Shown here piece by piece: positions 39,486 to 48,298 of a stretch of 64,000 nt of DNA; position 1 is the first letter of the stretch, and every line of letters begins with the position of its first letter. The stretch lies in assembly GCA_040901675.1 (NCBI GenBank), contig JBBDYJ010000015.1, forward strand, positions 1-64,000, written 5' to 3'. A model generated the notes under the pieces. That model had not been told where the DNA came from, did not search any database, and saw only the letters and a program-made list of their open reading frames with translations. Origin of the DNA: Pirellulales bacterium (GTDB lineage: Bacteria; Planctomycetota; Planctomycetia; Pirellulales; JAICIG01). The position numbers were made by a program, and so were the translations under genes.

Positions 39486-40922
39486 ATGGCCATCGAATTC
39501 AAGCTGCCCGACCTCGGTGAAGGGATCGACTCCGGCGACATCGTCAGTGTGCTGGTGAGCGAAGGGGACGAGATCGAGGCCGATCAACCCGTGCTCGAAG
39601 TCGAGACCGGCAAGGCCACCGTCGAGCTCCCCTCGCCGCATGCCGGCCGCGTGACCAAGATCCACGTCAAGCCCGGCGAAAGCGTGCAGGTCGGCGGCCT
39701 GCTGATGTCGATCGACGCGGGCGCCCAAGCCGCCGAGCCGTCCGCCAAGAAGAAGCCATCCGCAGGCAAGGCCGAGACCAAACCGGGCAAACCCGCCACG
39801 CCGGCCAAGCCAACCGAGCCGCGCAAATCTGACGCGGACGAGGAGCCCCAGGCCGAGGACGAGCCGGACCGCGAAGGCAATGCCCAGCCGGCCGCTAAAC
39901 CCAAATCGAAAACCGCGGCCAAAGCGCCGCGCAAAGACGATGAGCAGGCCCGGCCCGCGGCCGAATCGTCCAACGGCGGCCCCGCGCGAACCGCTGCGCC
40001 GGAAAAACCGGCCGAGTCGGCAGTCGCCGCGCCGGCCGGCCCATCTACCCGCCGCCTGGCGCGCGAGCTGGGCGTCGATCTGGCCCGCGTCGCCGGCACC
40101 GGACCGCACGGCCGCATCACGGAGGACGACGTCAAGAAGGCCGTCCGGCAATCGGCGGCGGCCACGGCGCCGGCCAAGAAGGCGTTGCCGGGCGCCGTGC
40201 CGGGTCGGGACAACTGGGGGAGCATCCAGACCCAGCCGCTGTCCCGGATTCGCCGCACCATCGCCAAGAACATGGCCCGCTCGGCTTCCACGATTCCGCA
40301 CGTCACCAACTTCGACGACGCCGACATCACCGAGCTGGAACGGATCCGCAAGGGGAGCATGGCCGACAACGTCGGAGACGAAGTCAAGCTGACGATGATG
40401 GCCTTCGTGATCAAGGCGGTGGCGGCCTCGCTCAAGCTGCACCCGGTGATCAATGCCTCGCTCGACCTGGACAACGGCCAGGTGATCTACAAGGACTACG
40501 TCCACGTCGGCGTGGCGGTCGATACCGAGCGAGGCCTGGTGGTGCCCGTGATGCGCGACGTCGACCGCTTGACGATCCCGCAGATTGCCCAGTCGCTCAC
40601 CGAGATGGCCGAGAAGGCCCGCGCCAACCAGATTAGCGTGGAAGACATGCGTGGCGGCACTTTCACGATCAGCAACCTGGGTGCGATCGGCGGCACGTAT
40701 TCCACGCCGATCATCAACTATCCCGAGGTGGCCGTCCTGCTTCTGGGCCGCAGCCGCAAGCTGCCCGTGGTGGTCGATGACGACGACATCCAGGTTCGTC
40801 TGATGATGCCCTTGAGCCTGTCGTACGACCACCGTCTCGTCGACGGCGCCGCCGCCGCCCGTTTTCTGAACGAGATCAAGACCTTCCTGCAGGTTCCCGG
40901 CCGCCTGCTATTGGCCACCTAG
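39486..40922 (+). CDS. aceF: Dihydrolipoamide acetyltransferase (E2), single lipoyl domain
   Basis: Lipoyl ETGKA, Ala/Pro/Lys linker, E3-binding GTGPHGRIT, SYDHRLVDG. Confidence 0.93.
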   Translation: MAIEFKLPDLGEGIDSGDIVSVLVSEGDEIEADQPVLEVETGKATVELPSPHAGRVTKIHVKPGESVQVGGLLMSIDAGAQAAEPSAKKKPSAGKAETKPGKPATPAKPTEPRKSDADEEPQAEDEPDREGNAQPAAKPKSKTAAKAPRKDDEQARPAAESSNGGPARTAAPEKPAESAVAAPAGPSTRRLARELGVDLARVAGTGPHGRITEDDVKKAVRQSAAATAPAKKALPGAVPGRDNWGSIQTQPLSRIRRTIAKNMARSASTIPHVTNFDDADITELERIRKGSMADNVGDEVKLTMMAFVIKAVAASLKLHPVINASLDLDNGQVIYKDYVHVGVAVDTERGLVVPVMRDVDRLTIPQIAQSLTEMAEKARANQISVEDMRGGTFTISNLGAIGGTYSTPIINYPEVAVLLLGRSRKLPVVVDDDDIQVRLMMPLSLSYDHRLVDGAAAARFLNEIKTFLQVPGRLLLAT

Positions 40923-41110
40923 TTCGTCGTGATCCCGATTTATTGGGACGTCCTGCATGGCTTAAGCTCAACCGCCTAGCGGGTGGCTGGGGCAAAGCGT
41001 TAGCGTGCCCCAGTGGTTCGTAGTGACCCGATTCATCGGCTCCATTGCTAGTCCGTTCGTAGTGACCCGATTCATCGGGTCCGTTGCTCGTGTCCGTTCG
41101 TAGTGCCGCT
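40923..41110 (+). repeat. REP cluster: GTTCGTAGTGACCCGATTCATCGGGTC family plus one GGGTGGCTGGGGCA copy
   Basis: Copies near 40923, 41017, 41056 and a partial at 41096; GGGTGG-family copy at 40981-41014. Confidence 0.8.
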
Positions 41111-41408
41111 GATCCTATCCCCTTTTTTCAGCCGCGGCGCGATCTCGTTCAACGAAGGCTTAGCCGCTTCCACCTTTTCGCCAAGCAAAGTAATCGAAGA
41201 GGAGGCGCGACCCACCAAAGTGTGCGGCGAACTGCCGGAATAGCCGCTGGTCAAGCAGCAGGCACTCAACTTGCCCCCGCGCCTGATGATCGGCGAGCGC
41301 TTGCGCTAAGTGTCGATGTCCGACGTGCCTGGGGGACCCGTCCGCCGAGGAAAGAGGACGACGTGAGCGTGAAGCGGGCGTCTCGGCAGGCTTGACCTGG
41401 AGCGCGTG

Positions 41409-41540
41409 AAAAAGGGGACGTGAAAAAAGGGGATAAGTCCAATTGTTTGGGTCACGTAGCGTAGTGTGAGGCACCTGCGTCTTGTGCACTAGGTGCCGCA
41501 GGTCCGATATTGGACTTATCCCAGACTTATCCCCTTTTAT
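41409..41540. repeat. Inverted-repeat element AAAAGGGGATAAGTCCAAT...ATTGGACTTATCCC
   Basis: Same terminal inverted repeats as 2538-2716 around an unrelated internal sequence. Confidence 0.7.
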
Positions 41541-41771
41541 TTAAGCGATGTCCGACGTTCCTGTCCGCGGAGGATGGTGGACAACGTGGAGTGGAGCGTG
41601 CCTCTCGAAAGGCTCGTGGCAGCTCGAGCTCGCCGAGACATGGGGCGTGGCAGCAGCAACGGCTGGCCCGAAGCGGCTTGAATTCGCGCCGGCCCCTGGA
41701 CTTTGCACTCGGATTCCTGTTTTCTGGCCCTCTGGACTCCGGCCTCCAATCCCTGGTCTGTTGAACGAATC

Positions 41772-42686
41772 ATGAGCGAGCGAAGCGAGTACTGCCGTTC
41801 GGCCTGGAGGCTCTCGACAGGCGGCCTGCTGCTCCTGGACAAGCCCGCCGGCCCTACGTCGCGCCGTGTCGTCGACCAGGTGCAGCGGCTGGTGCGGCCG
41901 GCGAAGGTGGGACACGCCGGCACGCTCGATCCGCTGGCCTGCGGCCTGCTCGTGCTGTGTGTCGGACCCGCCACGCGATTGATCGACTACGTGCAGCGGA
42001 TGCCGAAGCGATACCTGGCAACCTTCTTGCTGGGCCGATACAGCCCCACGGAGGACGTTGAGAGCGAAGTAACGCTGCTGGAGCACGCGCCGGAGCCGGG
42101 GCTGGATGAAGTCCGCCGTGCCGCGGATCAGCTTGTGGGTTGCATCCAGCAGCGGCCATCGGCTTTTTCGGCCTTGAAAGTGGAAGGGCGGCGGGCTTAC
42201 GACCTGGCCCGGCAGGGCAAGCCGGCCGACCTTTCGCCCCGGCCCGTCGAAGTCCATGGGATTGAAGTCCTGCGGTACGAGTACCCAGAGCTGGTGCTCG
42301 ACGTGCACTGCGGCAAGGGGACATATATCCGCGCGCTGGGCCGCGACCTGGCCGAGTCGTTGGGCACCGCGGCCGTGATGTCCGAGCTGGTGCGAACGGC
42401 GATCGGCCGTTTCGACCTGGCTGGCGCATGCCGCCCCGATGAGCTTTCTGCCGAAACGCTGCCGCAGCGGCTGTTGCCCGCGCGTTCGGCGGTAGAAGAC
42501 CTGCCCACCGTTCAGCTTTCCGCGGCCGAGTTGAAGCGGGTGATGAACGGCTTGCCGATCGACCGAGTCGTAGAAGGTGCGCCCGCGGAATTAGCCGCCC
42601 TGGATCCCGATGGCTGCCTGGTCAGCATTCTCAAGCCCCGCGGCCCCGCTCAACTGACGCCGCTGCTCAACCTGCGCAGCTTGTAG
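41772..42686 (+). CDS. truB: tRNA pseudouridine(55) synthase
   Basis: LDKPAGPTS, KVGHAGTLDPLA, SALKVEGRRAY, CGKGTYIRAL; start approximate. Confidence 0.95.
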   Translation: MSERSEYCRSAWRLSTGGLLLLDKPAGPTSRRVVDQVQRLVRPAKVGHAGTLDPLACGLLVLCVGPATRLIDYVQRMPKRYLATFLLGRYSPTEDVESEVTLLEHAPEPGLDEVRRAADQLVGCIQQRPSAFSALKVEGRRAYDLARQGKPADLSPRPVEVHGIEVLRYEYPELVLDVHCGKGTYIRALGRDLAESLGTAAVMSELVRTAIGRFDLAGACRPDELSAETLPQRLLPARSAVEDLPTVQLSAAELKRVMNGLPIDRVVEGAPAELAALDPDGCLVSILKPRGPAQLTPLLNLRSL

Positions 42687-42803
42687 CTTCGTCTGCAAGG
42701 TGAAGAGGCAGGACCGGCACATCGACACGGTGACCTACGATCTCAAGCTCGCCGGCTTCGGCCGCGACGCAAAGTCGCAAATGGCCGGTTACGAGTAGCC
42801 AAA

Positions 42804-42887
42804 GTAGAACGGAATTCATTCCGTTTTTGTGGGAAGAACGGAATGAAGGTGATTTCTACGACGGCAACGGAATGAATTCCGTTCTAC
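42804..42887. repeat. Inverted REP doublet GTAGAACGGAATTCATTCCGTT
   Basis: 22-bp copy at 42804-42825 and its exact reverse complement at 42866-42887. Confidence 0.85.
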
Positions 42888-43128
42888 GAAGGCGATACTG
42901 CTCGTTCTAGCGCCTGTAGGGATTCCTCCGGCTGTTCTGGGCTGCTCTGGCGGGCAAATGGCGCGGGCGCCCGTCAGCGAAGTGGCGAGCGGCCGGCCGG
43001 GCTGCCGAATGGAGTTTATAGCCGCCTGGCTGCACTGGCCGGCGCGGCTCGATGGATGCGCGTGTCGGGCATGGACGGGCCCCTCTCGGTTGCCCCTTGC
43101 TTCTTGGTCCAAGCGGCCAGGACACTCG

Positions 43129-45837
43129 ATGCTCGAACAACGCAATCTCAAGCTCGATCTGGCGGCGCTGGCGCTGTTGGCACTGACCGTCCTCCTGGCC
43201 GTTTCGCTCGCCACCTACAGTCCCGCCGATCCGCCCAGCACGCTCGTCTATCCGGCCGCCGCCGAGATAAGCAATGCCTGCGGCAGGGCCGGCGCGCTGG
43301 TGGCCGCACTGCTCTTGGAAGGGCTGGGCATCGGCGCCTATTACCTCGTGCTTTCGCTGATGGTTCTCGATGGCGCGCTGCTGGGCGGGCGCAAGGTGCG
43401 CGAACCGTGGCTGCGCGGCTTCGGCTGGGGACTTTCGCTCATCGGGCTGGCCACCCTGGCCGCACTGGCACTGCCAGGCTGGTCGCCGGGACCGGTCATC
43501 GGGGCCGGAGGATACCTGGGGGCCACCGGACGAGGCCTGCTGGAAATGCACTTTGCCAGCGCGGGCGCCTACATCCTGGTGTCGAGCCTGATCGTGGGCG
43601 GCCTGCTGCTGTCGACCGACTACGTGCTCATCCGGCTGTCGGCCCGGCTGGTGGCCATGCCCGCCAAGGCGCTCGGCCGGACCGCGGCCGTGGCGGGCCG
43701 AACGGTGCTGAAGCAGCGGCAGCGACCAAACACGGTGGCGGCCCGCGACGAGACTTCCGCAGCGAGCGGATCACTGCAGGTCCGCATTGGCAGGCGCCGC
43801 ATGGAAGCGGCCGAGGATGACGATGAGCTCCAGGACGATGCCGACGAGCTGGCCGAATCGCCGGATGCATTGTCGGGCGAAGCCACGCGGTCGATCGCCG
43901 AGCCCAAATCGTCGGCCTCCCAGCCGCGCGGCGGTGCCCGGATCGAGCCCAGGTTCAAGGCGCCCGCCAAGAAGTCGGAACGGGAGGAAGTGATGGAGGA
44001 GCTGGATGCGGCCAGCCGAACCGAGGATCCGTTGGATTACGAGCTGCCATCGATCGACCTGTTGCTGGAAAGCGAGCCTTTTGCCTACGAGGAACAGGAG
44101 AAAGAGGTCCGCCGCAAAGCCAAAATCCTGGAAAAGACGTTCGCGAGCTTCGGATTCAACGTCAAGGTGGTCGAGATCGAGACGGGCCCCGTGATCGCCC
44201 AGTTCGAAGTCGAGCTGGAGGCCGGTCTGCGGTTATCGAAAATCACCAGCCTGGCCGACGACGTGGCGATCGCCTTGCGCGTGCCCAGCGTGCGGATCGT
44301 GGCGCCGATTCCGGGCAAGAACACGGTCGGCATCGAGGTGCCCAACGCCGAGCGGCAACTCGTCCGGCTGCGGGAAGTGATCGAGGAGGCCAACGGCAAG
44401 GTCCAGAAGATGCGGATCCCCATTTTCCTGGGCAAGGACGTAGCAGGCAATCCGCTGGTGGCCGACCTGACCACCCTGCCCCACCTGCTGATCGCCGGCC
44501 GCACCGGCACCGGCAAGAGCGTCTGCCTCAACACGATCATCGTCTCGATGCTGATGACGCGGCGGCCCGACGAGGTGCGGATGCTGTTGATCGACCCGAA
44601 GATGGTCGAGCTGAGCCCGTACAAAACGCTGCCGCACTTGATGCACCCGGTGGTGACCGACATGCGCAAGGCCGAGGCGATCCTGGCCTGGGCCGTGGAA
44701 AAAATGGAGGAGCGCTACGCGCTGCTGGCCCGGGCGGGCGTGCGGCATATTGCGGGATTCAACCAGTTGGGCGAAGAGGAGCTGATGGACCGCCTGCAGC
44801 CGGAGTCGGACGAAGAGCGCAAGCAGATCCCCACGCACCTGCCGTACATCGTGATGGTGGCCGACGAGATGGCCGACCTGATGATGACCTCGGCCAAGGA
44901 AGTCGAGACGCACATCATCCGGCTGGCCCAGAAGAGCCGGGCGGTCGGCATCCACCTGGTGCTGGCCACGCAAAAGCCGACCGTCGACGTGATCACCGGC
45001 CTGATCAAGTCGAACCTGCCGGCCCGGATCGCGTTCCAGGTGGCCAGCCGGACCGACAGCCGCGTGGTGCTGGACGAAATGGGGGCCGACAAACTGCTGG
45101 GCAACGGCGACCTGTTGTTCCTATGGCCGGGAACCAGCACGCTGTTGCGGGGGCAAGGCACGTACGTCAGCGACGACGAGATCAACCGCATCGTCGACTG
45201 CGTGGGCACCAGCGAGCCGCAGTTCGTCAAGGAACTGGTGCAGTTGAAGGCCAAGCCCGCCGGCGAAGGCGACTCCAACCACTTCAAGGACCGCGACGAG
45301 CTGTACGAGGCGGCCATCGATATCGTGATCCGTGAAGGCCGCGGCAGCGTGTCGCTCTTGCAGCGGGCCCTGGGCATCGGCTACGGCCGCGGTGCGCGGC
45401 TGATCGACTTCATGGCCGAGGACGGCATCGTCGGCGCGTACAACGGTTCGCAGGCCCGCGAGGTGCTGATCACGCTGGAGCAGTGGGCCGAGATGAGCGG
45501 CCAGCAGGCCGAGCCGATCGAGCCGCCCCGCCGGCCCCGCAACAAGGTCTATCCGCTGGCGGATGAAGACGAGGCGCCGTTTGACGCGGAAGACGAAGAA
45601 GGCCTCCACGGCGGAGCGATCGGCGCGGACGACGATGAAGACGACGAGCCGATCGATGAAGGTCTGGAAGACCAGGACGATTTCGACGAAGAAGAGGGCG
45701 CAGACGGCGAGCTGGATGTCGAGGCGGAGGACGAAGAAGAGGACGATGGCCTCTTCGACGAGAACGACGAGGACGAAGTGAGCGACGATCGGCCCAGCAC
45801 ACCCAATTCCAGCCGCTACCGGGGCAAGCGGGCGTGA
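43129..45837 (+). CDS. ftsK: DNA translocase FtsK with acidic C-terminal tail
   Basis: N-terminal TM domain, RIVAPIPGK, IAGRTGTGKSV, IDPKMVEL, DEMADLM, gamma domain SVSLLQRALGIGYGRGARLID. Confidence 0.96.
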   Translation: MLEQRNLKLDLAALALLALTVLLAVSLATYSPADPPSTLVYPAAAEISNACGRAGALVAALLLEGLGIGAYYLVLSLMVLDGALLGGRKVREPWLRGFGWGLSLIGLATLAALALPGWSPGPVIGAGGYLGATGRGLLEMHFASAGAYILVSSLIVGGLLLSTDYVLIRLSARLVAMPAKALGRTAAVAGRTVLKQRQRPNTVAARDETSAASGSLQVRIGRRRMEAAEDDDELQDDADELAESPDALSGEATRSIAEPKSSASQPRGGARIEPRFKAPAKKSEREEVMEELDAASRTEDPLDYELPSIDLLLESEPFAYEEQEKEVRRKAKILEKTFASFGFNVKVVEIETGPVIAQFEVELEAGLRLSKITSLADDVAIALRVPSVRIVAPIPGKNTVGIEVPNAERQLVRLREVIEEANGKVQKMRIPIFLGKDVAGNPLVADLTTLPHLLIAGRTGTGKSVCLNTIIVSMLMTRRPDEVRMLLIDPKMVELSPYKTLPHLMHPVVTDMRKAEAILAWAVEKMEERYALLARAGVRHIAGFNQLGEEELMDRLQPESDEERKQIPTHLPYIVMVADEMADLMMTSAKEVETHIIRLAQKSRAVGIHLVLATQKPTVDVITGLIKSNLPARIAFQVASRTDSRVVLDEMGADKLLGNGDLLFLWPGTSTLLRGQGTYVSDDEINRIVDCVGTSEPQFVKELVQLKAKPAGEGDSNHFKDRDELYEAAIDIVIREGRGSVSLLQRALGIGYGRGARLIDFMAEDGIVGAYNGSQAREVLITLEQWAEMSGQQAEPIEPPRRPRNKVYPLADEDEAPFDAEDEEGLHGGAIGADDDEDDEPIDEGLEDQDDFDEEEGADGELDVEAEDEEEDDGLFDENDEDEVSDDRPSTPNSSRYRGKRA

Positions 45838-45847
45838 GGGACCGCCT

Positions 45848-45889
45848 AAAAAAACCGCCCTTGCGGCAGAGCCACAAGGGCGGTCTTGT
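45848..45889. terminator. Intrinsic terminator between convergent genes
   Basis: A-tract, then ACCGCCCTTGCGGC-AGA-GCCACAAGGGCGGT stem-loop (U-tract on the minus strand). Confidence 0.75.
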
Positions 45890-45913
45890 CAGTCCCTCGC
45901 AGTGATAGCGACG

Positions 45914-46696
45914 TTAATCCCTGTCGGAGCCGATCCGGCCGCCGATCTCCGAACCGATCCGGCCGCCGACGTCGCCTCCGAGGCCTTCGCCAATAGAGCC
46001 GCCGACGTCGCTGCCGATCCGGCCGCCCGTGGAGCCCTGGTAACGGCGAGAGCCGAAGCCGCCGTAACCATAGTCGCGGTCATAACCACGCCTGTCGCCG
46101 CGATAGCCGCCATAGGATCGGCCATCATAGTACCGGCCGTCGTAGCCGTAGCCGCCGTAAGAGTCCTGCCCATACCCGCGGTACCCGTAAGACCGATCGC
46201 GGTAGACCGGGTACGAACGGCTGGTGTATTGACGACGATACGTCTGGGGGTCGTACGGCACCCAGCGGCCGCCGGACCAATAGACCCAACGCTCGCTGGG
46301 CATCCAGTACCACCACGTGCCGTTGTGGCGGCGATAGCGCCAACGGTTGTCGCCGGCCCGCCGATCGCGGCGATCGGACGATCCGTCGCGGTCGCCGCGG
46401 AAGTCGGCCCTGCCTCGCTGCCGCCCTTGGACGTTGGCGTCGACCCCGCGATCTCGCCGATCAAGGTCTGCATCCAAGTCGCCCTGGGCGTCCACGTCGC
46501 CCCGGACGTCCACGTCGGGGGTCTGAACATCCACGTCCGCTTGTGACTCCGCCTCGCTGCGGGCCGCGTCGCGCTCATCCCCCTCTGTTTGGAGGGCCCC
46601 CTCGGTTTGCACGTCGGCCTCGATTTCCTGCCCACTGGCCAAGGGTGCGGCACATGCCAGCACCGTGACCGCCGCCAGACTCAATACGATTCGCAT
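45914..46696 (-). CDS. Secreted low-complexity protein (acidic, Trp-rich and Gly/Tyr/Arg-rich blocks)
   Basis: Signal peptide MRIVLSLAAVTVLACAAPLASG, WRYRRHNGTWWYWMPSERWVYWSGGRWVPY, glycine-zipper-like C-terminus; GAAGGAGG RBS. Confidence 0.8.
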   Translation of the reverse strand: MRIVLSLAAVTVLACAAPLASGQEIEADVQTEGALQTEGDERDAARSEAESQADVDVQTPDVDVRGDVDAQGDLDADLDRRDRGVDANVQGRQRGRADFRGDRDGSSDRRDRRAGDNRWRYRRHNGTWWYWMPSERWVYWSGGRWVPYDPQTYRRQYTSRSYPVYRDRSYGYRGYGQDSYGGYGYDGRYYDGRSYGGYRGDRRGYDRDYGYGGFGSRRYQGSTGGRIGSDVGGSIGEGLGGDVGGRIGSEIGGRIGSDRD

Positions 46697-46758
46697 GCCA
46701 TCGTCCTCCTTCGTTCACTCGGTTTGCGGTAACGACTTCGCCAAGCGTAACCAACCCC

Positions 46759-46773
46759 GCAGATGTCGTGCCA
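46759..46773 (-). promoter_or_regulatory. Sigma54 (-24/-12) promoter
   Basis: Minus strand TGGCACGACATCTGC (GG-N10-GC). Confidence 0.65.
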
Positions 46774-46946
46774 AAGCGTCAGGCGGCGCGGCGACCCCAA
46801 AAGGGTCACCAATGCACATCTTGGGGCGGGGGACTGGCCACCAGCCGAGCAAGCTGATAACGCGGCAACCAGGGGAAGGCAGTCGATGATAGGAGGAGAT
46901 GAAGGAGGAAATGGGATCGCGACGCGAGGCCCAGCGCTATGCTCGC

Positions 46947-46962
46947 TGGCATGCCAATTGCT
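46947..46962 (+). promoter_or_regulatory. Sigma54 (-24/-12) promoter
   Basis: TGGCATGCCAATTGCT (GG-N10-GC). Confidence 0.65.
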
Positions 46963-47144
46963 TAAACGAAACGGTTCGAAGCGCCGAGCAGTCCCGGCAC
47001 GACTCGAATTCTCTTGAAAAGGGAACAGCCACGAACATTCCTTCCAGGGCGATAGCACTGTTCAATCGCGTCGTCGACGCGCGGCCAGCGCGCGATGCAC
47101 GGTCTCGCAGGCGCCCCGATCCATCCAGCAAACAGGAGACCACC

Positions 47145-47903
47145 ATGGCACTCACCGGCCGCACAGCGCGCGATATCGACGAGCTGCGGCAATTCCGCCT
47201 TGCGCCCGGCATCGTGGACCGCAACGTGGGCGAGGTAGAACGAATCGCATCGGCCGTGGCAGGGGCGGCCCTGGCCGCCTACGGCCTGCGGCGGGGCTCC
47301 CTGGGGGGGCTGGTGCTGGCGGCGACGGGAGGCGGCTTGCTGTACCGGGGCCTGACCGGCCACTGTTACCTGTACCAGGCGCTTGGAGTGAACACGACGG
47401 CGGAGCCGCGCGGTCCGGCCACCAGCGTGCCGGCCGGGCAGGGGGCCAAGGTGGAAGCGTCGCTGGTCGTGGATCGCTCGCCGGCGGAACTGTTTCGGTT
47501 CTGGCGGAACCTGGAGAACCTGCCGAGGATCATGACGCACCTGGAGTCGGTGAGCCAGACCAGCCAGACCGGATCGCACTGGGTGGCCCAGGCACCCCTG
47601 GGGACCGTGGTGGAGTGGGACGCCGAGATCATCAACGAACGCGAAAACGAGCTGATTGCCTGGAGGTCGCTGGTAGGTTCGACCGTCGACAACGCCGGCT
47701 CCGTGCATTTCGAGCCGGCCGGCCCGGGCGCCACCCGCGTCAAGGTATCGCTGAAGTACGATCCGCCCGGAGGCAAGCTGGGCGTTGCCGCGGCCAAGCT
47801 GCTGGGTGAGGAGCCTCAGCGGCAGATCGACGAAGACCTCCAGCGGTTCAAGCAGATGATGGAGGCCGCCAGCCTGCCGCCCGGCGCGGCGGCCATCGGC
47901 TAA
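47145..47903 (+). CDS. DUF2892 + SRPBCC (polyketide cyclase-like) protein
   Basis: NVGEVERIAS...LYRGLTGHCYLYQALGVNT, FWRNLENLPRIM, EDLQRFKQMME; AGGAG RBS. Confidence 0.9.
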   Translation: MALTGRTARDIDELRQFRLAPGIVDRNVGEVERIASAVAGAALAAYGLRRGSLGGLVLAATGGGLLYRGLTGHCYLYQALGVNTTAEPRGPATSVPAGQGAKVEASLVVDRSPAELFRFWRNLENLPRIMTHLESVSQTSQTGSHWVAQAPLGTVVEWDAEIINERENELIAWRSLVGSTVDNAGSVHFEPAGPGATRVKVSLKYDPPGGKLGVAAAKLLGEEPQRQIDEDLQRFKQMMEAASLPPGAAAIG

Positions 47904-47905
47904 GA

Positions 47906-47996
47906 GGTCATTGGTCATTGGTCATTGGGCCGGGTCATTGGGCCGGCTCCGACGAATGACAAATGACAAATGACAAATGACAAATGACAAATGACA
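47906..47996. repeat. Inverted heptamer arrays (GGTCATT)n / (AATGACA)6
   Basis: Directly visible tandem 7-mers in opposite orientations. Confidence 0.85.
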
Positions 47997-48006
47997 AATT
48001 GATCGG

Positions 48007-48035
48007 TTGACACTGCACCTAGCGAGTCTTATGCT
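48007..48035 (+). promoter_or_regulatory. Sigma70 promoter of the cimA leader
   Basis: TTGACA-17 bp-TATGCT. Confidence 0.8.
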
Positions 48036-48075
48036 TGTGGGGCGTTTCTTGGACGCGCACTTGGTTGAAACTTCA

Positions 48076-48195
48076 ATGCCTCTGCCCCATGCCAGCCTGC
48101 CGATTTCGATACCCGCCGCCCGCGGCCCAGCGCCGGGCGCGTATGTCCGCGGCGTAGTGAGCCATGTGGTAATTATTCAGGAGAACAGGCCTTAA
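48076..48195 (+). CDS. Putative Val/Ile-sensing leader peptide (39 aa)
   Basis: MPLPHASLPISIPAARGPAPGAYVRGVVSHVVIIQENRP*; clustered GTA GTG..GTG GTA ATT ATT codons just before the stop; exact start uncertain. Confidence 0.65.
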   Translation: MPLPHASLPISIPAARGPAPGAYVRGVVSHVVIIQENRP

Positions 48196-48227
48196 GGGCA
48201 TTGACCGGCCAGACCGATCACCACCAG

Positions 48228-48259
48228 CCCTGAGGCCCCTCCGGCCCCAGGGTTTTTTT
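48228..48259 (+). terminator. Attenuator terminator upstream of cimA
   Basis: CCCTGAGGCC-cctcc-GGCCCCAGGG followed by T7; 5' arm can alternatively pair with GGCCTTAAGGGC (48188-48199). Confidence 0.8.
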
Positions 48260-48298
48260 GTTTTGCTTTTCACGAAAAGTGCAGTCAAAGGGAACTCG

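Noticed and set aside
36737..39558. Very long alternative-frame and antisense ORFs (also 50165-53236, 54453-57074, 31465-33636)
   Set aside because: Shadow ORFs expected opposite or overlapping real genes in high-GC DNA; no recognisable motifs
41072..41764. Short ORFs in the aceF-truB intergenic region
   Set aside because: They begin or end within repeats and show no recognisable domain
42745..42795. c-di-GMP-I riboswitch-like words (GACGCAAAG...GGCCGGTTAC)
   Set aside because: No GCAAA/GAAA P2 element and no room for the P3 stem
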